A DNA stretch of 64,000 bases, from assembly GCA_036262515.1 (NCBI GenBank), contig DATAIT010000127.1:20901-84900 (forward strand). Reading direction: 5' to 3'. The stretch's first letter is position 1. Each line of letters begins with the position of its first letter. This document shows positions 36,035 to 47,202 of the stretch, one piece after another. The position numbers and the translations under genes were made by a program. This DNA is from Acidimicrobiales bacterium. Lineage in GTDB: Bacteria > Actinomycetota > Acidimicrobiia > Acidimicrobiales > GCA-2861595. The notes below the pieces were generated by a model. It did not search any database. It was not told the DNA's origin and saw only the letters and a program-made list of their open reading frames with translations.

Positions 36035-36298
36035 ATGGACCGCCAGGAGGTCTTCGAGCTCATCCGCGACCGCCTGGCCGACATCCTCGAGATCGAGCCG
36101 GCGGCCATCGCCGAGGGCGCCTCGTTCAGCGAGGATCTCTCCGCCGACTCGCTGGCCCTGATCGAGCTGGTGGAGGCGCTCGAGGAGGAGCTGGGCGAGC
36201 GCACGGTGGGCTTCCGGATCGACGACGAGGACCTGGAGGACCTGCGCACCGTGCGAGACGCCGTCGACTACGTGGTCGCCAAGCTGGAACCATCCTGA
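36035..36298 (+). CDS. acpP: Acyl carrier protein
   Basis: 'LSADSLALIELVEALEEE' phosphopantetheine-Ser (DSL) motif. The start could also be 36002. Confidence 0.85.
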   Translation: MDRQEVFELIRDRLADILEIEPAAIAEGASFSEDLSADSLALIELVEALEEELGERTVGFRIDDEDLEDLRTVRDAVDYVVAKLEPS

Positions 36299-36318
36299 CG
36301 CTTCCCCGGAGCTCCGAC

Positions 36319-37011
36319 GTGGAGGCGCTCGCCGACCGCCTGGGCCGGCGGTTCTCGGATCGCACCCTGCTCGGGCGCGCCCTCGCCCACCGGTCGTGGT
36401 GCGCCGAGGTGCCCGGCGAGGAGTCCAACGAACGCCTCGAGTTCCTGGGCGACTCCGTGCTCGGCCTGGTGGTCACAGACCACGTCTACCGCACCTACCC
36501 GGCACTGCCCGAAGGAGAGCTGGCCAAGGTCCGGGCGTCGGTGGTGAACTCGGCGCTTCTCGCCGAGGTGGCCGCCGAGTTCGACGTCGGCGCCCATCTG
36601 CTGCTTGGCAAGGGCGAGGACGCGTCGGGCGGGCGTGAGAAGCCGTCCATCCTGGCCGACGCCATGGAGGCCATCATCGGCGCCGTGTACCTCGACGGCG
36701 GGTGGGCGGCGGCGTCCGAGCTGGTGCTGACGCTCCTGGGAGACCGGGTCGCCGAAGCAGCTGCGGGTCCGGGCGGACAGGACTACAAGACCCGCCTCCA
36801 GGAGCTGGCCGCCCGCACGTTCGACCAGCTGCCCAGGTACTACGTGGTCGACGAGGGACCCGACCACGCCAAGATGTTCTTCGCCACGGTCCATGTCGGT
36901 GGGGTGGAGCGGGGCACCGGGCAGGGTCGTTCCAAGAAGCAGGCGGAGCAGGCCGCGGCCCGCGCCGCATGGGCGGCTCTCGCCTTCACCGACAAGCCCG
37001 CCGATGCCTGA
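36319..37011 (+). CDS. rnc: Ribonuclease III
   Basis: 'NERLEFLGDSVLG' RNase III signature and a C-terminal dsRBD ('GPDHAKMFFATVHVGG...GRSKKQAEQAAA'). Confidence 0.95.
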   Translation: MEALADRLGRRFSDRTLLGRALAHRSWCAEVPGEESNERLEFLGDSVLGLVVTDHVYRTYPALPEGELAKVRASVVNSALLAEVAAEFDVGAHLLLGKGEDASGGREKPSILADAMEAIIGAVYLDGGWAAASELVLTLLGDRVAEAAAGPGGQDYKTRLQELAARTFDQLPRYYVVDEGPDHAKMFFATVHVGGVERGTGQGRSKKQAEQAAARAAWAALAFTDKPADA

Positions 37012-37870
37012 GCTGCCGGAGGTCGAGACCCTCCGCCGCGACCTCGAGAAGGAGGTGGTGGGCAAGCGCATCAAGGCCGTCGAGGTCACGGGCGCCCGGG
37101 CCGTCCGTCGCCACAAGGCCACCGACGAGTTCGTGAGCCGCCTCGAGGGTCGCAAGATCAACGCCATCGACCGCAAGGGCAAGTACCTCCTCGTCACCCT
37201 CGAACCGGCGGCAGGTCCCTCGGGCGAGAAGCTCACCGACGTCCTCGTCGTGCACCTCGGGATGAGCGGCCAGCTCCTGCGGGCGAAGTCGGCGAAGGAA
37301 CCGTTGGCCAAGCACACGCACGTGGTGCTCACCTTCAGCCAGGGCGGTCAGCTGCGCTTCGTGGACCCCCGCACCTTCGGCGAGCTGTTCGTCACCGCCG
37401 CCGACGAGGTGGAGAAGGTGGTGCCGGAGCTGGCCCACCTCGGCTTCGATCCCATCGACGACGTCATGAGCTGGAACCGCTTCAGTGACCTGCTCCACGC
37501 CAAGCGCACCAAGCTCAAGCCCCTGCTCATGGACCAGCAGTTCCTCGCCGGCATCGGCAACATCTACGCCGACGAGATCCTGTGGGGGGCCGGGCTCCGC
37601 TACGACCGGCTCTCCGACTCGCTGTCCTCGCAGGAGGTGCGCCGGCTCTACCGGTCGATCGTGGAGACGCTCCAGGAGGCCATCAAGCACCGGGGCTCCT
37701 CGCTTTCCGACGAGCAGTACCGAGACCTGTTCGGCGAGATCGGCGACTTCCAGAACCAGCACAAGGTGTACGACCGGGAAGGAGAGCCCTGCCGCCGCTG
37801 CCGCAGTCCCATCGCCCGCGTGAAGCTCTCGGGCCGGTCCACATTCCTGTGCGAGCAGTGCCAGGTGTGA
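37004..37870 (+). CDS. mutM: Formamidopyrimidine-DNA glycosylase
   Basis: ATG at 37004 gives 'MPELPEVETLRR'. C-terminal zinc finger 'CRRCRSPI...FLCEQCQ'. 8-nt overlap with rnc. Confidence 0.95.
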   Translation: MPELPEVETLRRDLEKEVVGKRIKAVEVTGARAVRRHKATDEFVSRLEGRKINAIDRKGKYLLVTLEPAAGPSGEKLTDVLVVHLGMSGQLLRAKSAKEPLAKHTHVVLTFSQGGQLRFVDPRTFGELFVTAADEVEKVVPELAHLGFDPIDDVMSWNRFSDLLHAKRTKLKPLLMDQQFLAGIGNIYADEILWGAGLRYDRLSDSLSSQEVRRLYRSIVETLQEAIKHRGSSLSDEQYRDLFGEIGDFQNQHKVYDREGEPCRRCRSPIARVKLSGRSTFLCEQCQV

Positions 37871-37874
37871 TCCC

Positions 37875-38522
37875 GTGAGCTCGTTCTTCCGGACCTGCTT
37901 CGCACCGTCGCGCCTCACCGGCGGGATCTGCGTCGTCGACCTGGTGCGCAGCTGGGCCCGCCACCACACGCCCGCCGACGTGGCCCGTGCCGCCGGGCAG
38001 GTCGACACCATGCTCAGCGCCGGCGTGAGCGACGACGCGCTGCGGGTGTGGGTGCTCGGTGCCGCCGGCTGCGGCTACGACCCGGGCATGCAGGGCATGG
38101 CCATGGGGCAGTGGCTCGGCCTGGTGCGCGACCTCCTGCTCGGCCAGTCCGACTGGGCGCTCCCGCCGGGCGCCTGGGAGGCGCTGCGCCCGTGGCCGCA
38201 GCCGCAGCTCGGGTCCCTCGAGGTGCTGCGCCACCTGCTCACGGGCTACTTCCACGCCAGCTGGAAGGCCACTGCGCCGACCTTCGAGGCGGTGGTCGAG
38301 CACTTCGTGGCGACGGAGGGCCCGGCGCGGGCCGCCGCCCTCGTCGACGACATCGACGAGCTGCTGGCGCTCGCCCCGGGCGAGGAACGGCTGCGGATCA
38401 TCGTCCTCGGCCGGTTCGGGTCCTCCTACGACCCGAGGCCCGACCTTCCGGGCGGCCAGCGCATGGCCCAATGGCTCCGGTCGGTACGCGGCGTCGCCCT
38501 GTCCTGCGCCCTCGCCGGCTAG
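37875..38522 (+). CDS. Hypothetical protein with two CdiI-type immunity-like repeats
   Basis: The second half, 'LLTGYFHASW...EAVVEHF...IDELLAL...LGRFGSSYDP...AQWLRSVRGVAL', fits my recollection of the 'contact-dependent growth inhibition system immunity protein' family. The first half repeats the C-terminal sub-motif ('LGAAGCGYDP...GQWLGLVRDLL'). Confidence 0.55.
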   Translation: MSSFFRTCFAPSRLTGGICVVDLVRSWARHHTPADVARAAGQVDTMLSAGVSDDALRVWVLGAAGCGYDPGMQGMAMGQWLGLVRDLLLGQSDWALPPGAWEALRPWPQPQLGSLEVLRHLLTGYFHASWKATAPTFEAVVEHFVATEGPARAAALVDDIDELLALAPGEERLRIIVLGRFGSSYDPRPDLPGGQRMAQWLRSVRGVALSCALAG

Positions 38523-38582
38523 TCGCCGCCTGCATCGCCGGGGTCCGCGCCCCGCGCCCGGCCCGCCGCTACCCTCGCACCG

Positions 38583-41500
38583 GTGTTCCTGCGGTCGCTC
38601 ACCCTGAAGGGCTTCAAGTCCTTCGCCGAGCCGACGACGCTCGACCTCGAGCCGGGGGTCACGGTGGTCGTCGGCCCCAACGGGAGCGGCAAGTCCAACA
38701 TCGTCGACGCGGTGGCGTGGGTGCTGGGAGCCCAGGGCCCCCGCACGGTGCGCTCGTCGCGCATGGACGACGTCATCTTCGCCGGGTCGGCCAACAAGCC
38801 GGCGCTCGGGCGCGCCGAGGTCACGCTCACCATCGACAACTCGGCCGGGCTGCTGCCGATCGACTTCACCGAGCTCACCATCACGCGCACCCTGTTCCGC
38901 TCGGGGGACAGCGAGTACGCGATCAACGGCGTGCCGTGCCGCCTGCTCGACGTGCAGGAGCTGCTGTCCGACACCGGGGTGGGACGCCAGCAGCACGTCA
39001 TCGTCTCCCAGGGCCAGCTGGCGGGCGTGCTCGACGCCCGCCCCGAGGACCGTCGCCTGATCATCGAGGAGGCGGCCGGCGTCCTCAAGTACCGCCGGCG
39101 TCGGGAGAAGGCCGAGCGCCGTCTCGAGGCCACCGAGGCCAACCTGGTGCGCCTCCAGGACCTCCTCCGCGAGGTGCGCCGCCAGCGCCGCCCGCTGGAG
39201 CGCCAGGCCGACGCGGCCCGCCGGCACGGGGCGGTGGTCGACGAGCTCCGGGACCTGAAGCTGCACCTCGCCGGCCGTGAGCTGGTGGCGCTCGACGCTC
39301 GCCGGCGCGCGGCCGTCGCCCGTCGCACCGAACTGGCCGCCACGGAGGCCAAGCTGCGCGCCTTCATCACCGGGATCGACGCCGAGATCGCAGCCGCCGA
39401 AGGGGTCGTCACCGTCCGGAGTGGCGAGGACCCGAGCGACGGGCTGGTGCGCTTCGAGGGCCTGCGCGAGCGGGTCCGGGGCGTCGCCGCCGTGCTCACA
39501 GAGCGCCGGCGCTCGGTCGACCGCGAGCTGCAGAGCGCGGTCGACGCCGACGTGGTGGCGTCGCTCGAGGCGGAGGCCGCCGCTCTTGCCGCCGCGCTTG
39601 AGGCCGTCGACACCGAGGCCGCCGCCCTGGCGCCACGGGCGGACGAGCTGGCCGCGTCCGACGCCGCGCTGGCGGCCGAGCGGGCCGCCTTCGAACAGGA
39701 GTGGGGCGACGGCGACCGCCCGCCTGCGGCCAGGGCGGCCGAGCTGCGCGGCGAGCTGGGCGCCCTGCGGCGAACCGTCGAGCAGGCCACGTCGGAGCAG
39801 GAGCGGTTGGCCCAGCGCCTCGGCGCGGCCGGCGAGCGCGCCGCTGCGCTGGCCGCCGACGCGGCGGCGGTGGCGGGAGAGGTCGACGCCCTCAAGGACA
39901 CGTCGGGCCGGCTGGCGCCCGCGTTGGCTGCGGCTCGCGAGCGCCGCGCCGTCGCCGAAGCGGCCCTCGCGTCCGCCGAGGCGACCCTGCGGAACGCCGA
40001 GCAGGCCCGCCACTCGTGGGCCGCTCGGGCCGAGGCGCTCGGCTCTGCTTTTGACGAGGCCCGGGCCCGGGCGGGCGCCGAGCGCCTGGCCGGCGTGGCC
40101 GGCGTGGTGGGCACCCTCGTGGAGCTGGTCGACATCGACGAAGGGTGGGAGGACGCCTTCGAGGCGGCCGCCGGCGAGGCGGTGGCAGCCGTCGTGGTGG
40201 ACGGCGTCGGGGCCGCCCGCACCGCGCTCGCCGCGCTGCGCGACGGGAGCGACGTCGACGCGACGGTGGGCGCCGCCGTCCTCGCCCTGGGCGGTGGGCG
40301 CGCACCGGCCAGCGCCGCCCTCCACACCGCCGCCGGCGAGCCCGTGCGGGCTCACGTGGCCTCCCGCCACCCCGGCGTGGAGGCGCTCCTCGACACCCTC
40401 CTGGCCGACGCCGTGGCCGTGGAGGGCGGCTGGGAACGGGCCCTCGACCTGGCGTTGTCCGACCCGGGGCTCGTAGTGGTGACGCGCCAGGGAGACCGTT
40501 TCGCCACCGCCGGCTGGCGCGTCGGCTGCTCCGGGACGGTCGCCACGCGCGCCGCGCTGGCCGAGGCCGAGGCGCAGGCGGCCATCGCCGAGGCCGAGGC
40601 GGGCGAAGCGGCCGCCGCCGCCCGGGCGGCGCGCAGCGCACTGGCCGACGCACAGCGGGTGGAGGCCGATCTCGTCCGCAGGGTCGACGCCAACGAGGAG
40701 CGCCTGGCCGCGGCCACCACTGCCCTCGACCGGCGCCGGGCCGACCTGGCCGACGCCGAGGTCGAGCGCGACGCCTTGTCCGAGCACCTCGGCCAGCTGG
40801 CCGACCGCCGGCAGGCGTCGCAGGCGCGGGTGGCGGAGCTGGAGTCGTTGCTCCCGGGGCTCGAGCGCGACGAGGCGGCTGGCATCGAGCGGCTGGCCGC
40901 AGCCCGCGCCACGCGGGCGCGCCTGGCCGAGCGGGCGACGGCTCTCGCCGCCCTCCGCACCGACCTCGAGGTGCGCTTCGGCGCGCTCGAGGAGCGCCGC
41001 GCCATGCTGGCGTCGCGGCGAGCCGAGGTCGCCGATCGCCTGCAGCGAAGCGGGGGCACGCCCGAGGTCGCCGGCGCCCGGATGGCGGCCCTGGAGCGCC
41101 GGGCCGTGACCCTGGCCCGGTTGGCGTCCGGGGTGGCCGGCCAGCTGCATCTCGTGGAGACGGGCCTCGCCCGCCTCCACGAGCACCGTCGCCTGCACCG
41201 CGAGGCCCTCCGGGAAGCCGTCGCCCACCTCGACGGCCTGCGCTCGCAGCGCGCCGGCACCGAGCGACGCCTCACCGAGGTGGCGGACGAGGCACGGCGT
41301 GCGGAGCTGGAGGCCTCCGAGGTGGCGCTCCGGCTGGAGACCGCCGTCGAGGCCCTCCGCCGCGAGCTCGGCGTCGACCCGCTCGCCGCCACCGCCGCAC
41401 CCTGCCGACCGCTGCCGGACGGCGTCTCCGCCTCCGACCGGGCGGCCGCCCTCGAACGCGACCTGCGCACCATGGGCCCCGTCAACCCGCTCGCCCTCGA

Positions 41501-42074
41501 GGAGCTGCACGAGCTGGAGGGACGGCAGCGCTTCGTGGAGGAGCAGTTGGACGACGTGCGCTCCGGGCGGCGCGAGCTGGCGAAGGTCATCGCCGCCGTC
41601 GATGCGGAGATCGCGTCCTCCTTCGCCGCCGCCTACGCCGACGTGGCCGCCGCCTTCTCCGATCTGGTCGCCCTGCTGTTCCCGGGCGGCAGCGGGCAGC
41701 TGCGCCTCACCGATCCCGACAACCTTCTCGAGACGGGCATCGAGGTCGAGGCCCGGCCGTCGGGCAAGAGCGTCCGCAAGCTGTCGCTGCTTTCGGGCGG
41801 CGAGCGCTCGCTCGTGGCCCTCGCCTTCCTGTTCGCCGTGTTCCGCAGCCGGCCGTCACCGTTCTACCTCCTCGACGAGGTCGAGGCTGCGCTCGACGAC
41901 GTGAACCTGCACCGCTTCGTCGGGCTGATCGAGGAGTTCCGCAACGACGCCCAGCTGCTCGTGGTCACGCACCAGAAGCGCACCATGGAGGCGGCCGACT
42001 GCCTCTACGGCGTGAGCATGGCCCCGGGCGGAAGCTCGAAGGTCCTGAGCGAGCGGATGCGCGCCGGCACCTGA
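38583..42074 (+). CDS. smc: Chromosome segregation protein SMC
   Basis: 'GPNGSGKSNIVDA' Walker A, long coiled coils, hinge, 'LSLLSGGERSL' signature, 'FYLLDEVEAALD' Walker B. Confidence 0.95.
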   Translation: MFLRSLTLKGFKSFAEPTTLDLEPGVTVVVGPNGSGKSNIVDAVAWVLGAQGPRTVRSSRMDDVIFAGSANKPALGRAEVTLTIDNSAGLLPIDFTELTITRTLFRSGDSEYAINGVPCRLLDVQELLSDTGVGRQQHVIVSQGQLAGVLDARPEDRRLIIEEAAGVLKYRRRREKAERRLEATEANLVRLQDLLREVRRQRRPLERQADAARRHGAVVDELRDLKLHLAGRELVALDARRRAAVARRTELAATEAKLRAFITGIDAEIAAAEGVVTVRSGEDPSDGLVRFEGLRERVRGVAAVLTERRRSVDRELQSAVDADVVASLEAEAAALAAALEAVDTEAAALAPRADELAASDAALAAERAAFEQEWGDGDRPPAARAAELRGELGALRRTVEQATSEQERLAQRLGAAGERAAALAADAAAVAGEVDALKDTSGRLAPALAAARERRAVAEAALASAEATLRNAEQARHSWAARAEALGSAFDEARARAGAERLAGVAGVVGTLVELVDIDEGWEDAFEAAAGEAVAAVVVDGVGAARTALAALRDGSDVDATVGAAVLALGGGRAPASAALHTAAGEPVRAHVASRHPGVEALLDTLLADAVAVEGGWERALDLALSDPGLVVVTRQGDRFATAGWRVGCSGTVATRAALAEAEAQAAIAEAEAGEAAAAARAARSALADAQRVEADLVRRVDANEERLAAATTALDRRRADLADAEVERDALSEHLGQLADRRQASQARVAELESLLPGLERDEAAGIERLAAARATRARLAERATALAALRTDLEVRFGALEERRAMLASRRAEVADRLQRSGGTPEVAGARMAALERRAVTLARLASGVAGQLHLVETGLARLHEHRRLHREALREAVAHLDGLRSQRAGTERRLTEVADEARRAELEASEVALRLETAVEALRRELGVDPLAATAAPCRPLPDGVSASDRAAALERDLRTMGPVNPLALEELHELEGRQRFVEEQLDDVRSGRRELAKVIAAVDAEIASSFAAAYADVAAAFSDLVALLFPGGSGQLRLTDPDNLLETGIEVEARPSGKSVRKLSLLSGGERSLVALAFLFAVFRSRPSPFYLLDEVEAALDDVNLHRFVGLIEEFRNDAQLLVVTHQKRTMEAADCLYGVSMAPGGSSKVLSERMRAGT

Positions 42075-42108
42075 GGCGCTACAGCCGGCGTCCCGGTGTG
42101 CCGAGGGC

Positions 42109-42360
42109 ATGGAGGTGGGCATCGCTCGCATCATCCGCCGTCGCCCGATCGTGGCCCTCGCCGCAGTGGCGTGCGCAAGCTGGTTGGGTGCCTGTGGCGG
42201 TGGGGGAGCGTCCGGAGGGTCGCCGGCCGCGCCGGCCGCCGCCATCGATCCCTCATCGGACAACGCGGTGACCGGCCCCGTGAACCGGGCGCGAGCAGCA
42301 GCCGACGCGCAAGAGGCGCACGACCGCCAAATCGACCAGGCGGTGGACGGCCAGCCCTGA
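42109..42360 (+). CDS. Hypothetical small lipoprotein
   Basis: 'VALAAVACASWLGACGGG' is a signal plus lipobox. 83 aa. Confidence 0.5.
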   Translation: MEVGIARIIRRRPIVALAAVACASWLGACGGGGASGGSPAAPAAAIDPSSDNAVTGPVNRARAAADAQEAHDRQIDQAVDGQP

Positions 42361-42416
42361 CGCAGATGTGCTGCCTCGGTCGTTCCGCCCATGCCGGCGG
42401 CACCTAGGCTCGCGTC

Positions 42417-43595
42417 ATGGAGTTCGTGCTCATCCTGGTCGTCCTGCTCGCCCTCGTGGGCACCGTGGCGGGCGTGGTGGCGACCCGCCGGCGCCCGCGC
42501 GGACTGGAGCTGGAGCCGCCTCCCACACGACCTGCGCCGACCCGCCCCAAGGAGGCCCCCCGGCCGACGGCGGGGGCGCCGCCCGAGGTGGTGGAGCCTC
42601 CACCGGAGCCGGCTGTCGAGGCCCCCGCACCTCGTCCCGAGGTCGTCCCCGAGCCGGAGCCGGAGCCCGAGGCACCGGAACCGGAACCCGTTGCGCTCCG
42701 GCCCCGCTTCCGGGACCGTTTGGGCAAGGCCCGTACCCTCATCGCCGGCTACGTCTCGTCGGTGCTGTCGCGGGCGACCATCGACCCCGAGACCTGGGAG
42801 GAGATCGAGGAGGCACTGATCCGCGCCGACGTCGGCGTCGGCCTCACCGCCAGCCTGCTCGACGAGGTCCGCACCCGGGTGAAGGCCGACAGCATCACCA
42901 CGCCCGAGCGCCTGATCGAGGTGCTGAAGGACGACATGAAGCAGCATCTTTCGGAGGGCGACCGGAGCCTGCGTCTCGAGCCCGGCTCGCCGAGCGTGTG
43001 GCTGTTCGTGGGCGTGAACGGGGTCGGCAAGACCACCACCATCGGCAAGCTGGGGCTGCGCGAGGCAGCCGCCGGGCGCAAGGTCGTCATGGCCGCAGGC
43101 GACACCTTCCGCGCCGCAGCCGCCGAGCAGCTCGGCCTGTGGGCGGACAGGGTCGGTGCCGACCTCGTGCGCGGGGCCGAGGGCGGGGACCCCGGTTCGG
43201 TGGTCTTCGACGCCGTCGAGCGGGCGGCCGCCCGAGGCGCCGATCTCGTGCTGGCCGACACCGCCGGGCGCCTCCACACGAAGGTGAACCTGATGGAGGA
43301 GCTCAAGAAGGTCCGCCGCATCGCCGAGCGCCCGCCGGCCAGGCTCACCGAGGTGCTCCTCGTGATCGATGCCACCACCGGCCAGAATGGGCTGGTCCAG
43401 GCCCGGGAGTTCACCGACGCGGTCGACGTCACCGGGGTGGTGCTCACCAAGCTGGACGGCACCGCCAAGGGCGGCATCGCCCTCGCCATCGCCTGCGAGA
43501 TGGGCCTGCCCATCAAGCTCGTCGGCCTCGGGGAGAAGGCCGAGGACCTCGTCGAGTTCGACCCGGTCGAGTTCGTCGACGCCCTTTTCGCCTGA
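42417..43595 (+). CDS. ftsY: Signal recognition particle receptor FtsY
   Basis: N-terminal TM and Pro/Glu-rich A-region. 'GVNGVGKTTTIGKL', 'DTAGRLH', 'TKLDGTAKGG'. Confidence 0.95.
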   Translation: MEFVLILVVLLALVGTVAGVVATRRRPRGLELEPPPTRPAPTRPKEAPRPTAGAPPEVVEPPPEPAVEAPAPRPEVVPEPEPEPEAPEPEPVALRPRFRDRLGKARTLIAGYVSSVLSRATIDPETWEEIEEALIRADVGVGLTASLLDEVRTRVKADSITTPERLIEVLKDDMKQHLSEGDRSLRLEPGSPSVWLFVGVNGVGKTTTIGKLGLREAAAGRKVVMAAGDTFRAAAAEQLGLWADRVGADLVRGAEGGDPGSVVFDAVERAAARGADLVLADTAGRLHTKVNLMEELKKVRRIAERPPARLTEVLLVIDATTGQNGLVQAREFTDAVDVTGVVLTKLDGTAKGGIALAIACEMGLPIKLVGLGEKAEDLVEFDPVEFVDALFA

Positions 43596-43601
43596 TTCGG
43601 G

Positions 43602-45113
43602 ATGTGCCAGGAACCAGCCGGGCCCGGGGAGCGTCCAACCGGCATGCGCTCACGAGCCTCCGCCCTCGTCACCGTCGTCTCCTTCGCCCTGGTCGTCGCC
43701 CTGGCCGCCGTCCTCGCCAGTCAGGGGGACAAGGAGGGGCTGGTGAAGCTGCCGGCCGGGAGCGCCGGGTACGCGGCGGACGAAGCGGGCGCGGCCGGAA
43801 CCTCGGTGGCCCGGAGCGCAGCGCCCTTCCCCGGCGGCGGCGTCACCTACCGGTTCGCGGGCGACATGCCGGACCTGGCCATGACCGCTCCCGGGTACCG
43901 CCTCGGGTCGATTACGACCGAAGCCGCCGTCGCCCGGCTGGCGGCGGCGCTGGGCCTGCCGGGCGACGTGCGCAGTGACGACGACGGCTGGGTGGTCGAC
44001 GGTGGCGACCGGGAGCTGCGGGTGGCCCGGACGGCAGGCCTTCCCTGGTTCGTGAGCGCCGGGTGCCCCGACTCGACGGTGTCGCCGGAGGGCGAGCCGG
44101 AGGTGTCGTGCGCGGTGGCCGTCGACCTCGCCGTTCCGACCAGCGGCGGCGGCTCGTCGGCGGCGTCGTCGGGGTCCGCCGCCGGCTGCCCGGCCGACGG
44201 CTGCGCGGCCACTGCGGTCGCAACCGCGGTGGCGCCCGCCGCCCGCCCGGCCCCGCTGCGCGCCTGCGAGCCCGGAACGCAGTGCGTCGTCGAGCCGGCG
44301 CCCCCGTGCGTGGGCGACACGGTGCAGTGCGCGCCGCCGGCCTGTGCCGCCGGCGCCGAATGCACGCTGGCCGAGCCGGTGTCTCCGCCCGACTGCGCGC
44401 CGGATGCGAAATGCGTGACCCCGCCGACAGCGGAGTGCGCGCCCGACCGGGGATGTGCGCTGCCCGAACCGAAGCCGCTTCCGGAGCCGCCGGCCAGGCC
44501 GTCGGGCCTGCCGTCGGAGCACGACGCCCGAGTCACCGCCCAGGAGGTGTTCGCCCGCCTCGGCGTGGGCACCGAGCACATGGTGATGGAGGACGCCTGG
44601 TCGTCGTGGCTGGCCAGGGTCGACACGGTGGTCGACGGCACCCCCGTGGTGGGCCTCGGTACCTGGCTCAACATCGGGGTCAAGGGGCAGATCGTCGGCG
44701 GCAACGGGTTCCTCGCCGTGCCGGAACGCATCGGGGACTACCCCCTCGTGGGTGTCGCCGCCGGGCTCCGGCGCCTCAACGCCGGCGCCGGGTTCGGCGG
44801 GCGCTCCACCGGCGGCGGCATCGCGGGAGGTGCTCCGGCGCTCGACGCCCCTGCGACCACTGCGGTGGAGAAGGGCGAGGAGCCGGCCGCGACCGGGTGC
44901 GGCGACCCCACGGTGATCTGCGAGCCCGATGCGCCGGTGCCGGTCGAGCCCACCGTCCAGGTGGTCACCGGGGTGCACCTGGCCCTCCTCCAGATCGAGG
45001 ATGCGCTGGTCCCTGCGTACGCTTTCGAGCTGGAGGGCGACGGCATGGTCCCGGTGTCCGCCGTCACCGACGAGTGGCTCGAGGCGCAGGCGCCCGTCGC
45101 CGGCCGGGACTGA
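43602..45113 (+). CDS. Hypothetical membrane-anchored/secreted protein with a Cys-hairpin repeat region
   Basis: TM 'ALVTVVSFALVVALAAVLA' (the start may be the ATG at 43644). The central segment has five C-x5/6-C units separated by Pro-rich linkers. Confidence 0.6.
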   Translation: MCQEPAGPGERPTGMRSRASALVTVVSFALVVALAAVLASQGDKEGLVKLPAGSAGYAADEAGAAGTSVARSAAPFPGGGVTYRFAGDMPDLAMTAPGYRLGSITTEAAVARLAAALGLPGDVRSDDDGWVVDGGDRELRVARTAGLPWFVSAGCPDSTVSPEGEPEVSCAVAVDLAVPTSGGGSSAASSGSAAGCPADGCAATAVATAVAPAARPAPLRACEPGTQCVVEPAPPCVGDTVQCAPPACAAGAECTLAEPVSPPDCAPDAKCVTPPTAECAPDRGCALPEPKPLPEPPARPSGLPSEHDARVTAQEVFARLGVGTEHMVMEDAWSSWLARVDTVVDGTPVVGLGTWLNIGVKGQIVGGNGFLAVPERIGDYPLVGVAAGLRRLNAGAGFGGRSTGGGIAGGAPALDAPATTAVEKGEEPAATGCGDPTVICEPDAPVPVEPTVQVVTGVHLALLQIEDALVPAYAFELEGDGMVPVSAVTDEWLEAQAPVAGRD

Positions 45114-45189
45114 GCGCTCGGCCCAACCGTACCGGGCCGATCGGCCCGGTCGAGGCGGGCGGAGGCAGTCCACTACCCTTGGCCCCCGC

Positions 45190-46563
<1,374 letters not shown>

Positions 46564-46578
46564 GAGAAGAGGATCACC

Positions 46579-46848
46579 GTGGCAGTCAAGCTCCGCCTCA
46601 TGCGGATGGGCAAGAAGAAGCAGCCGACGTACCGGGTCGTGGCGGCCGACAGCCGCTCGCCCCGCAACGGACGCTTCATCGAGATCCTGGGCACCTACGA
46701 GCCCAGGGCCGAGCCGTCGGTCATCAAGATCGACGCCGACAAGGCGGTGGCGTGGCTGCGCAAGGGCGCCCAGCCCACCGAGCGGGTCGAGAAGCTGCTG
46801 AAGCTCAGCGGCGCGTGGGAGCAGTTCCGGCCCGGCGTCCCCGCATGA
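46579..46848 (+). CDS. rpsP: 30S ribosomal protein S16
   Basis: '[34 protein letters not shown]'. RBS 'ggagaagagga'. Confidence 0.95.
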   Translation: MAVKLRLMRMGKKKQPTYRVVAADSRSPRNGRFIEILGTYEPRAEPSVIKIDADKAVAWLRKGAQPTERVEKLLKLSGAWEQFRPGVPA

Positions 46849-47171
46849 GCGACGCAACGGCAGGCGACGAGGCGGAGGGCCGGGAGGACGCCGACGGCGA
46901 CGTCGCCGACGATGCCGGCAACCGGCTGGTGGGGGCCATCCCCCGCAACGTGGTCGACTACATCGCCCGCCAGATCGTCGACGAGCCCGACGCGGTCGTG
47001 GTCGAGGCCGACGAGGGACGCGGTCGCATCGACCTGCGCCTGCACGTGGCCCCGGACGACATGGGCAAGATCATCGGCAAGCGCGGCCGGGTGGCCCAGG
47101 CCATCCGCACGGTCGTGCGTGCGGCGGGGGCCCGTGAAGGCGTGGAGGCCAGCGTCGACATCGTCGACTGA
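46845..47171 (+). CDS. KH-domain RNA-binding protein (YlqC-like) with an acidic N-terminal extension
   Basis: The ATG overlaps the rpsP TGA. '[20 protein letters not shown]' is a KH GxxG loop. Confidence 0.85.
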   Translation: MSDATAGDEAEGREDADGDVADDAGNRLVGAIPRNVVDYIARQIVDEPDAVVVEADEGRGRIDLRLHVAPDDMGKIIGKRGRVAQAIRTVVRAAGAREGVEASVDIVD

Positions 47172-47202
47172 GCCGGAGCGCAGCGGGGCCACGACGCTGG
47201 AG

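Noticed and set aside
37683-41510. 1275-aa ORF on the - strand
   Set aside because: It is antisense to smc, whose Walker A, signature and Walker B motifs are unambiguous. Its composition is the typical GC-artefact type (Arg/Gly/Ala/Pro).
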